Source of the DNA: an archaeon
Lineage (GTDB): Archaea; Asgardarchaeota; Thorarchaeia; Thorarchaeales; Thorarchaeaceae
DNA: 32,000 nt
Assembly: GCA_024275415.1 (NCBI GenBank)
Contig: JAJRZD010000042.1
Coordinates: 30,001-62,000, forward strand
Reading direction: 5' to 3'
The first letter of the stretch is position 1. Each line of letters begins with the position of its first letter. Positions 19,519 through 27,205 of the stretch are shown here, one piece after another. Made by a program: the position numbers and the translations under genes. The notes under the pieces are model-generated. The model had not been told where the DNA came from, made no database searches, and saw only the letters and a program-made list of their open reading frames with translations.

Positions 19519-22155
19519 CTAAACCAATGGCTGATAGGTTCGATAGTCTTTAAGATTAACATCGGTCGAAGCGCCTTTCAGAATTTTCTGGACACTCTCG
19601 AGAGCACCATATCGGAAGAGGGGACGGTTATTGTTCCCACAGTAATATGAATAGGTGCATAGAGGGCACCCATCATCCGTTCTGCAATCACACTTCGCCA
19701 GAATGACCTCAGTTCGATGCAGGGCTTCCTCAAACCGCCTGAAGAGGAGTTTGGACGCACCATTTCCTCCAGGACTCGCATCATGGACGAATATGATACC
19801 AGAATCGCCCATTGAAACTCCCCCAATCTCACGTGCACCTCCTCCAGTCAGCATATCGCTAGACTCTATCACAACATGCTCGAGTGCATGGAATGACCCT
19901 CCGAACAGTTCGACAGGCCCCATTGTTGGACCAGAAGAACGCTTCAAACGGCCGGCAAGGTACTCGCTAATCGATGTTCCAGGCTCGGGAGCTCTAAATG
20001 TGAAACCACGAGTCAGGTATTTGTAAGTCAATGGTGAGGGAAGTTCGGAGCTTTGGAGTACACGCCAGCTCCTCGTGTCCTTTTTGACATACCCAAAAAC
20101 GGTCTGGGTCATTTCCAACGTGCAATAGGACATGGTCATCCCATGAACCCTTCGTGTTTCGTGGACCTCGATGATTCTTGGCATAGTGCCGTAGAGAGGT
20201 TTTGTATGTGCACTTCGGTCATTAAGTGGAACTACAGTGGCCTTTCCCAGCCCGGGTCGGTATTTGAAATCCACAGAAAGGTAATTCTTGCCACCGTGGA
20301 GATAGATTGCCCCTGGATGCAGTTCTTGGGCCGCCATTGGCATCGTCCGTTCACCAAGCTTTCGGCCCTGGAGCTTGATCTCTACTGTGTCGCCAATCCC
20401 ACGGATGCTATAGCCTCGCCATTCCTTTCTAGCCTGTTCAAAGTCTACAACACGCACTTTACCAGAATCATCAATGTACAGCAAGTCTTCGCCTACGAGC
20501 TCTTCAAGTATCTTCTTTTGCTTTGGGAAAAGGGACACATGCAGCTTGCCACTCATCGCAGCAGCCAATAATTGGTATCTCCCAACTACCTCATTCTCGG
20601 GCTCCATGTAAGCTGCGTCCACATCAGTGAAGTACTTCTCGGGTTTGTGGCGGTAGAACGAGGATATTGGATCCTTCTCTCGAAGGGCTAGTACTGCTAC
20701 ACTTTCCTGCCCTTTTCTCCCAGCACGCCCAATCCGTTGTGTCAGCCGTGTGATAGACACTATCATGCTGACAACCGCATCGAGGTCACCTATGTCAATT
20801 CCTAGTTCAAGAGTTGGCGTGGAAACTAGGACAGGGAGTTTTCCAGAGCGGAACTTGCTCTCAACTTCATTCCGGTAGGACTTGGAAAGCCCAGCACGGT
20901 GTACCATCGACCGTATCCCAGTATCACTGATCAGGACATTAAGTACCTCTGCCTCAGAATGGGTATTGCCAAAGACAAGGGTCTGGAATTTACCACGGTT
21001 CAATGCCTTGACGATATCTACTATCATACTGTACTTGCTTCTGTGTCCGGGATAGTACATGAGAAAATGGATAGGGCCTCTCTTTGCACTCTTTGATTCT
21101 ATCAGGCGTACCTCTCCATCGAAAAGCATCTCGGCATACTCTTTTGGGTTTGCAATGGTAGCCGAAGCACCTATCCGTTGGAACCTGCCGGTTTCCATCT
21201 CAAGTCGCTTCAGGATGTAATAGATGTTCGTTCCCATCGAACCGGTGTAGAGGTGTATCTCATCGAGGACGACGTACTTGACTGTTCGTAATAAGGGAAC
21301 AAGACGTGAGCGGCTCCAACCGAGATGGTAGTGTAAGACATCAGGATTTGTGAGGAGAATGTCTGGTGGTGAGTCATACATCTTCTGTCGTTGCGTGGTA
21401 GAAACATCCCCATCAAAGATTCCAGCCTTGAGGCTGGCAATATCACAGAGTGCCTTGATTTTCTCGAATTGATCACGTGCCAGTGCCTTAGTGGGATACA
21501 GAAGCAGTGCCCGGACTCCCGGATTACCAACTGTTTCTTGAACTGCAAGTAGTATGTTCCGGATGATGGGGAGGACGAATCCCTCGGTCTTTCCCTGTGC
21601 GGTCGGTGCAGCAATGATGACATCATGACCGTTGCAAATCGCATCAAAGGATTCCTCTTGGAATTTGTAGAGGCGTTTGAACCTTTTTGAAACGAGATAG
21701 TCCTTCAATCGGTGTGGCAGCTTGAGGTCGTCTAGACTAGCACCATATTCTGCTTTACTTGCAGGGATGTACTTGTAACTTACGAGAAAGTCCCTACCCA
21801 TCAAAACCATGTCACGAACGGCATCGGGTAGATCATCGATATCCAGCCCACCCTCACGAATAATCTTTAAGATCTCAGACTCGGGCTGAACCCTATCGCC
21901 GGAATATGCCTTCTTTTGTACCCGACTTCCTTTCGAAGTGATTATCGGCCCTGATAATCGGTTCGGACGGCTAGAAGATGAAAGAGTCTCATTTGTCAAA
22001 GCTGTGATATAGGCGTCATATGCATCAAAGAAATCCTTATTCTTTCCGGCTACCTTTGTTTCTGCGTTGCACCCATAACATCGTACAGTCCATATATGTC
22101 CCCCTCTCTGGATTTCCAGCTTTGAGCCACGCTTTGGGCAATGCATGACTGGCAT
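19519..22155 (-). CDS. SF2 DEAD/DEAH helicase with DUF1998 (Hrq1/MrfA-like)
   Basis: APTAQGKT, DEIH, SAT, HRAGL, TPTLELGIDIG, QRIGRAGR; C-terminal FHALEH and CDC....GCPLC Zn site. Confidence 0.92.
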   Translation of the reverse strand: MPVMHCPKRGSKLEIQRGGHIWTVRCYGCNAETKVAGKNKDFFDAYDAYITALTNETLSSSSRPNRLSGPIITSKGSRVQKKAYSGDRVQPESEILKIIREGGLDIDDLPDAVRDMVLMGRDFLVSYKYIPASKAEYGASLDDLKLPHRLKDYLVSKRFKRLYKFQEESFDAICNGHDVIIAAPTAQGKTEGFVLPIIRNILLAVQETVGNPGVRALLLYPTKALARDQFEKIKALCDIASLKAGIFDGDVSTTQRQKMYDSPPDILLTNPDVLHYHLGWSRSRLVPLLRTVKYVVLDEIHLYTGSMGTNIYYILKRLEMETGRFQRIGASATIANPKEYAEMLFDGEVRLIESKSAKRGPIHFLMYYPGHRSKYSMIVDIVKALNRGKFQTLVFGNTHSEAEVLNVLISDTGIRSMVHRAGLSKSYRNEVESKFRSGKLPVLVSTPTLELGIDIGDLDAVVSMIVSITRLTQRIGRAGRKGQESVAVLALREKDPISSFYRHKPEKYFTDVDAAYMEPENEVVGRYQLLAAAMSGKLHVSLFPKQKKILEELVGEDLLYIDDSGKVRVVDFEQARKEWRGYSIRGIGDTVEIKLQGRKLGERTMPMAAQELHPGAIYLHGGKNYLSVDFKYRPGLGKATVVPLNDRSAHTKPLYGTMPRIIEVHETRRVHGMTMSYCTLEMTQTVFGYVKKDTRSWRVLQSSELPSPLTYKYLTRGFTFRAPEPGTSISEYLAGRLKRSSGPTMGPVELFGGSFHALEHVVIESSDMLTGGGAREIGGVSMGDSGIIFVHDASPGGNGASKLLFRRFEEALHRTEVILAKCDCRTDDGCPLCTYSYYCGNNNRPLFRYGALESVQKILKGASTDVNLKDYRTYQPLV

Positions 22156-22290
22156 GATACCACCGATGTTATCTCATTGCATTTGCTGCGACTTAAAATC
22201 TTGTCATTATGTTACTTTTCGAGGTCATATGAACAATTACATAAGCCAATGTTGGAGTTATCCGCGGGACACACGGTTGTTCATAACCAT

Positions 22291-22347
22291 TGCACAACTC
22301 TTATAAGCTTAGGTTTTGAGTGTCAATTGTGCAGTATTAATGCACAA
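22291..22347 (+). promoter_or_regulatory. Thioredoxin promoter: TATA box with TGCACAA boxes and a palindromic operator
   Basis: TGCACAAC 22291-22298, TTATAA 22301-22306, perfect inverted repeat TTGTGCA-N7-TGCACAA 22327-22347. Confidence 0.5.
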
Positions 22348-22377
22348 CCGAATAATCCGTAAAGGGAGATAAATCAA

Positions 22378-22740
22378 ATGGTCGAAGAAATAACAGCGGA
22401 TCAACTAAGCGAGGTCTTAGAGTCAAACAGGGTTGTGTTCGTGGATTGTCATGCTACTTGGTGTGGTCCATGTAAGACATTGTCGCCCATAATGGAAGAG
22501 ATTGACGCTAAGTATGGCGATAAAGGCGTGAAAGTTGTCAAGATTGATGTTGATCAGAACAGGCAGTTCAGCATGGAAAACCAGATTACAGGCGTTCCTA
22601 GCGTGCTTGTATATTCCGAGGGCAGAAGGGTCGTTTTCGATGATGGAAGCGGACGCAAAATGGACAAATTGGTCGGTGTAATGCCACCTGAAGTGTACAG
22701 CCAGATAGCTGAGAACCTCCTTGAGGAAGCTCCGGCATAG
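22378..22740 (+). CDS. trxA: Thioredoxin
   Basis: WCGPC active site, VKIDVD, GVPS cis-Pro loop; GGGAG RBS. Confidence 0.95.
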   Translation: MVEEITADQLSEVLESNRVVFVDCHATWCGPCKTLSPIMEEIDAKYGDKGVKVVKIDVDQNRQFSMENQITGVPSVLVYSEGRRVVFDDGSGRKMDKLVGVMPPEVYSQIAENLLEEAPA

Positions 22741-22754
22741 GACAGAAAACACAC

Positions 22755-22793
22755 GGGGGAACACGGGATCCCCCATTCTATTAATTTTTCATT
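22755..22793 (+). terminator. Candidate terminator after the first thioredoxin
   Basis: GGGGGA-N8-TCCCCC hairpin followed by ATTCTATTAATTTTTCATT. Confidence 0.45.
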
Positions 22794-22869
22794 TCAACGA
22801 ATCAGAGTAGTACGCAGATACATTCATAGGGTGCCTTTGAAAAAGCCTCTTAGAAGGATGTGAGAAAAC

Positions 22870-23235
22870 GTGGTTCGTGATATAACACCCGATGAAGCAG
22901 CTGAGATGATTGAGAATACAAAAATCCTATTCATAGACTGTTGGGCACCGTGGTGTGGGCCATGTCTTGCCTTGGCCCCAACAATGGAGGAGTTGGAAGA
23001 GAAATACAAGGACAATAGGGACATCGAGTTTGTGAAGATTAACACGCAGAATCACAGACAGTTCGCCATGGACAATAATATCGTAGCGATCCCTTGTGTC
23101 CTTGTGTTCAAGGACGGAAAGCCTGCATCCTTCAAGATTGAGGATGCCAGATCCAAAAATCAAGTCACAACTGATAGATTAATTGGTCTGCGGCCCATAG
23201 AACATTATGAGGCAGTGATTGATCAACTGCTGTGA
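22870..23235 (+). CDS. trxA: Thioredoxin (second paralog)
   Basis: WAPWCGPC active site, FVKIN, AIPC cis-Pro loop. Confidence 0.93.
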   Translation: MVRDITPDEAAEMIENTKILFIDCWAPWCGPCLALAPTMEELEEKYKDNRDIEFVKINTQNHRQFAMDNNIVAIPCVLVFKDGKPASFKIEDARSKNQVTTDRLIGLRPIEHYEAVIDQLL

Positions 23236-23245
23236 GGTGTTAAGG

Positions 23246-23770
23246 ATGCCAATTCTACCATTCGGAAACCATGCACCAAAGATAGACCCCGATGCTTATG
23301 TAAGTGCACAAGCAACCATCATCGGCAATGTGGAGATTAGCTCTAATGCCAACATTTGGCCGGGTGCGGTAATCAGGGGGGATCAAGCTCAAGTAAGGAT
23401 AGGAGAGGGCTCTTGCATTCAAGACAGTGTCGTTATTCACGCACATAATCCAGACAATCCGGCGATACTTGGAAATAGCACCATAATAGGGACAGCAGCG
23501 GTATTGCATGGAGTATACATAGGAGATTATGCCAGCGTTGGTGAGGGATGTGCCCTTTTTGATGGAGCGACTCTAGGAGAGGGAGTCCTTCTTACACCTG
23601 GAAGCATCGTCCCCGGAAATGTCGTCATACCTCCAAGAAGCCTCAACTCGGGTGTGCCAGCAGCTCAGATTCGGGAGATAACCCGAGAAGAAGTAGAAAA
23701 GCAAAAGGCAAAGGCAGAAACTATCGCCGCAGTCTTTCAGAAGCTCAAGGGCTGGCAGCTAACAATCTAA
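23246..23770 (+). CDS. Gamma-carbonic-anhydrase-like hexapeptide-repeat protein lacking one Zn histidine
   Basis: PKIDPDAYV, IGNV.I, IWPGAVIRGD, IQD..VIH, LHG, GVPA. The usual IGH reads IGT. Start placed at ATG 23246 after GAGGTG, not 23219. Confidence 0.88.
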   Translation: MPILPFGNHAPKIDPDAYVSAQATIIGNVEISSNANIWPGAVIRGDQAQVRIGEGSCIQDSVVIHAHNPDNPAILGNSTIIGTAAVLHGVYIGDYASVGEGCALFDGATLGEGVLLTPGSIVPGNVVIPPRSLNSGVPAAQIREITREEVEKQKAKAETIAAVFQKLKGWQLTI

Positions 23771-24898
23771 TCAAACTATATCACGAGCAAGGGTGTTGCT
23801 ACTCTCATATCCATCTTCAGTGATGAATACTACATCGGCAATCTTCGAACCACCTAACGAGGGATCATAGCATGAAGGATGGATAGAAAAGACCATTCCA
23901 GGCCGAAGAGTGGTCTGCCCACCTAGCAATATATGAGGTGGTTCTCGCAGATCAAGCCCTATTGAGCTACCAAGTGGCTGTAGGATATTCCTGTGAGAAC
24001 AGACTCCTTCAGCCACCGAAACCGCATTCTGTGCAAGCTCATCAACTAATACACCTGGCGCAAGATGTTGTTGGATAGCTTCAAAGACACGCAGATTTGT
24101 TTGAAACATCTCGTTTTGCATCTTTGATGGTTTGCCTAGATGTATCGTTCGGGCGACTTCTGCAAAATAGCCCCTGTGGCTAACCGTGATGTCAATCACT
24201 ACAAGTTCATCATCACTGAGTCGCTGCGGCCCAGGGGTTGCAATGGGGAAACGGGCGGACTTGCCTGACAGAATGGCAGCTCTGATACCACGAAGATGCC
24301 CACCCGCGTTGCGCATAGCAGACTCGACTTCTATCGAAACGTCGATTTCCGACTTTTCTGGCGACACTATCTCAAGTGCGGTCATGATGCCAATCTCAGC
24401 TATACGGACTGCATTGGATATCATGTCGATTTCTGATGGGTCTTTTATCTGCCTCAGTTTCCACAGTGATGACGAGAAATCTTTGAAACCTGCCTCTGGT
24501 AGTGCAGCCTTCAGCCGTTCAAATTCCCTGACAGATAGCCATTCCAGTTGTAATCCAATCATCCCAGACTGCATGCCTGTTGCGGCTATTTCTGAAACCA
24601 CATGATCCCAGAAAGCGGTGCTATGTTGGGGATACCAAGTGTCCGTGTCATTGTTCGTGAAAGGACGGATCTCGGACATCACCGAATTCTGCCCAAGCAG
24701 TTCTGATTGCATCTCGGAGATTAGAAGTCGAGGAATGTCATTGGCAGAAACGATGCATGCAGTAGGGAGGTATTTCTTCTGCGCCTGATATCCTGTCAGG
24801 TATTGCACATCCTGAGTGCGAGTAATGAGAAGAAGATCGACCTCTTCATGCTGCATTGAGTGGTGTACTCGATCTAGTCGTTGAGAAGTGAATAGCAT
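23771..24898 (-). CDS. M24 (Xaa-Pro aminopeptidase/creatinase) fold protein with degenerate metal site
   Basis: Creatinase_N-like start (RLDRV...LLIT..DVQYLTGY), R.IKDPSEI, ID...GY....RT, GMVFSI.P; four of five metal ligands altered. Confidence 0.85.
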   Translation of the reverse strand: MLFTSQRLDRVHHSMQHEEVDLLLITRTQDVQYLTGYQAQKKYLPTACIVSANDIPRLLISEMQSELLGQNSVMSEIRPFTNNDTDTWYPQHSTAFWDHVVSEIAATGMQSGMIGLQLEWLSVREFERLKAALPEAGFKDFSSSLWKLRQIKDPSEIDMISNAVRIAEIGIMTALEIVSPEKSEIDVSIEVESAMRNAGGHLRGIRAAILSGKSARFPIATPGPQRLSDDELVVIDITVSHRGYFAEVARTIHLGKPSKMQNEMFQTNLRVFEAIQQHLAPGVLVDELAQNAVSVAEGVCSHRNILQPLGSSIGLDLREPPHILLGGQTTLRPGMVFSIHPSCYDPSLGGSKIADVVFITEDGYESSNTLARDIV

Positions 24899-25064
24899 TC
24901 TTTGAGGACTCTCGCTAATAGATTGTTTCTTCTCATCTGACAGGCGAGAAGAGTTTTTTCTCCTGCCGACTTTGTTCCACTTTTAAGCATCACGACGTCG
25001 AACTCGGACTTGTTCCCGAAGAGCATCATCATCATCACCCGAATGCACCGGAAACGAGAAGCGA

Positions 25065-25175
25065 TGGTGGGACCGCCCGGATTCGAACCGGGGAAAACCA
25101 ACTCCGCAGGCTGGCGCCTTATATGCATCTCACCACCAATGAAGTGTGATTGAGACCATGCTAGACTACGGCCCC
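25065..25175 (-). tRNA. trnR: tRNA-Arg(GCG) with 33-nt intron in the D loop (25123-25155) and encoded CCA
   Basis: Acceptor GGGGCCG/CGGTCCC+ACCA, D stem GTCT/AGGC, anticodon stem CCAGC/GTTGG with loop CTGCGGA (anticodon 25105-25107), T arm CCCGG-TTCGAAT-CCGGG. Removing the intron gives a 78-nt cloverleaf, and the intron boundaries form a bulge-helix-bulge. Confidence 0.95.
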
Positions 25176-25309
25176 AAGCCGTCGGCTCAAGATTCATTCA
25201 TAAAGATTGTTGTTAGAAAGCCTGAAGTCCAAGGAGAACTCATCAGGTTTCACAATGACGATTCCACACTTCTTCTGGTATAACGAATTGGGTTAGAATC
25301 GTGTTACTT

Positions 25310-25924
25310 CTAAGAGGAGTATGTGGCATTAAGGCTTTGAATTCTCAAAGAACAGGGATTCTCCAACGAGGTTCCACCAATGGCGGAAGAACCACTAAGA
25401 ATGATTGTTAGTCTTACACCAATCCAGTATTGAGAGTTCTCCAAAACTGTAAAGTGGCTGTTGGCGCTCACCGACCTCGATACGTTTGCTTGTTTGGTAT
25501 TTGAGGAAACAGATGCATTAAACACATCCATTCGATCTATTTCGTTGTAATACGCTCCAAAGATCAAATAGCTTACTATCAAAGTGACACTTGAAAGATA
25601 GCCTGATTGCATATAGTAGGTAAGATTCCATTCAGAGGTTATCGAGATGATGCTCTGGGCCGTTGAGTTAAACGGAATTGTATACTGAACATAAGAGGAT
25701 TTATGGGAGGAGAGATATCCTTGATTTCCTCTAATAGTTAGGACTCTTTCTTCTTGGTTCATACCCACATGAACGAACACACGTGCATCCTGATTGTAAA
25801 AATTATCACCTTCAATTGTATCCATCCGTGAGTCCCAGATCAACCAGCTTGTAGGAATAAGTATCAAGAACAACACACAGATGCCAAATACCAGCTTTTT
25901 CCTAGACGTTATTCCCGAGTTCAT
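25310..25924 (-). CDS. Membrane-anchored or exported beta-rich hypothetical protein (paralog A)
   Basis: RKK followed by one N-terminal hydrophobic helix; Ser/Thr/Asn-rich beta-strand pattern; five N-x-S/T sequons. Confidence 0.75.
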   Translation of the reverse strand: MNSGITSRKKLVFGICVLFLILIPTSWLIWDSRMDTIEGDNFYNQDARVFVHVGMNQEERVLTIRGNQGYLSSHKSSYVQYTIPFNSTAQSIISITSEWNLTYYMQSGYLSSVTLIVSYLIFGAYYNEIDRMDVFNASVSSNTKQANVSRSVSANSHFTVLENSQYWIGVRLTIILSGSSAIGGTSLENPCSLRIQSLNATYSS

Positions 25925-26150
25925 TTTCTGACTGCCTTACGAGAATTTGATCTTTTACATTTCTCGTGCGAATTTCTTGTTTCAAGGAGTTATAATTCTA
26001 TCTTCAAAAGGGGCCCTGAAAAGCCAAGAAGAATTTGCTCAGTCTTAGTGGTACCGAAAATTAACCAACGCACGTTCATATTTGTTGAATATCTGTTTCA
26101 TTCTACTCTGCTTATGATAGCAAATTCAGACATTTCAAACAACTCTGATT

Positions 26151-26335
26151 TGTAAGGTAACAAAACATTTGAGACAAGTGGGAGCCACAGGAGACCATCA
26201 CATGAAAACGTGATTAAGATGATGAGCTCCGTGACTCACCGAGAACGAATTGTGAAGTATGCCCTTAAGAAATCTGTGACTGCCGCCTCCATGGTGTTCA
26301 GTGTTTCGAGGTCCTCCGTCTACCCTTGGCGCAAA
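26151..26335 (+). mobile_element. IS481-like insertion sequence remnant (candidate left end plus transposase HTH)
   Basis: Begins TGTAAGGTAACAAAACATTTGAGACA (IS481-family ends start with TGT), then a GGAG RBS and an HTH-coding fragment. No matching right end in the window. Confidence 0.5.
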
Positions 26336-26383
26336 TTGGTGCTGTATAAAGTGATTGTTTTCAAACAGGCAGGAGATTTGTAA
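26219..26383 (+). pseudogene. Truncated transposase N-terminal helix-turn-helix (54 aa, below the ORF-track cutoff)
   Basis: Hand translation MMSSVTHRERIVKYALKKSVTAASMVFSVSRSSVYPWRK-LVLYKVIVFKQAGDL*. The first 39 aa fit the R.RIVKYA....V..A.....SR..VY.W.K transposase HTH pattern; no DDE domain follows. Confidence 0.6.
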
Positions 26384-27058
26384 TTGAAGAAGCAGAATAA
26401 TAGATTAATTGTGATTGGAATTACAATCCTCTTTCTAATGCCCCATCTGAGTACAATACTAGCAGGTTCCTCATCAAACCTTACTAAAAGGCATTTGATC
26501 CCTGCATACTTAGAGTCCACACCATTCGATGAGGATAGAGCTTATGAAACTCCAGTTTCCGGGGTTATTACAGTTGTTAGTGCTGATTCAAGTACTGGCG
26601 ATGCACAAATAGAAGGATCTACGAATTGGCCATTGACTGGATTGGGCACTTGGCATGCGTATGTATATGTACACATACAGATTATCCCTACACTGCTCAA
26701 TCAGAAAGTGAAGATTGGATTTTCGGGATTGCTAAGTTACAAACTGGAAAGTTTTTGGCAAGGATCCGGTTCCATTGATATATCAGTAGTCTTACTCTCG
26801 GCCGCAGAAACTGAGCTGGATAGTCATTTGATATGGGCAGACTCGGTTTACGATTCGGAGGCATCGGGAACACCAGTCTGGAGTTCAAGCACTACATATA
26901 AACTGGACGGCGAATTTACTCTTCAATATGGTCAAACGTATTATCTAGCTGTTCGATTACATGTAGTACTTGATAACAATGGCGGGATTCACTCAGCGAC
27001 AGGTGTAGACCCTGCATACCTTGATGTAAGCGCAATTCGGTATTATTTCTACACATAA
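26384..27058 (+). CDS. Exported beta-rich hypothetical protein (paralog B)
   Basis: TTG start after GGAG; signal-peptide-like MKKQNNRLIVIGITILFLMPHLSTILA; candidate TATAAA at 26345-26350. Confidence 0.75.
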   Translation: MKKQNNRLIVIGITILFLMPHLSTILAGSSSNLTKRHLIPAYLESTPFDEDRAYETPVSGVITVVSADSSTGDAQIEGSTNWPLTGLGTWHAYVYVHIQIIPTLLNQKVKIGFSGLLSYKLESFWQGSGSIDISVVLLSAAETELDSHLIWADSVYDSEASGTPVWSSSTTYKLDGEFTLQYGQTYYLAVRLHVVLDNNGGIHSATGVDPAYLDVSAIRYYFYT

Positions 27059-27067
27059 CAGATTAGT

Positions 27068-27091
27068 TGAAGATGCGCTAGTGCATCTTCA
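27068..27091 (+). terminator. Hairpin downstream of paralog B
   Basis: Perfect 9-bp stem TGAAGATGC/GCATCTTCA with 6-nt loop, 10 nt after the stop codon. Confidence 0.45.
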
Positions 27092-27205
27092 CATTTATCT
27101 TATTCAGATGCTCAGCGAATTAATAATTGAGGTTTCAAATCACAAGCATGAGGAATTTAAGCAATTACATGCGCAATATTATCGTATAGTGTAGGGGCCT
27201 GAAAG

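Noticed and set aside
122-24605. Many 60-195 aa ORFs antisense to or overlapping long genes (e.g. 7620-8150, 10606-11112, 16524-17111, 20053-20571)
   Set aside because: They lie wholly within well-supported genes and show no recognisable motifs or RBS; shadow ORFs.
25065-25110. tRNA 3' end as the attachment site of an integrated element
   Set aside because: No duplicate of the tRNA 3' end and no integrase seen in the window; the accessory DNA is on the 5' side.
24874-25197. 107-aa ORF on the minus strand
   Set aside because: It spans the tRNA gene; the poly-Met comes from a short CAT repeat; spurious.
25939-25967. Inverted repeat ACGAGAA-N15-TTCTCGT upstream of paralog A
   Set aside because: 7-bp arms with a long spacer in AT-rich DNA; weak without comparative support.
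26009-27205. Shared motif AGGGGCC(C)TGAAA(A)G at 26009-26023 and 27193-27205
   Set aside because: Only two imperfect copies at different distances from start codons; cannot be distinguished from chance.
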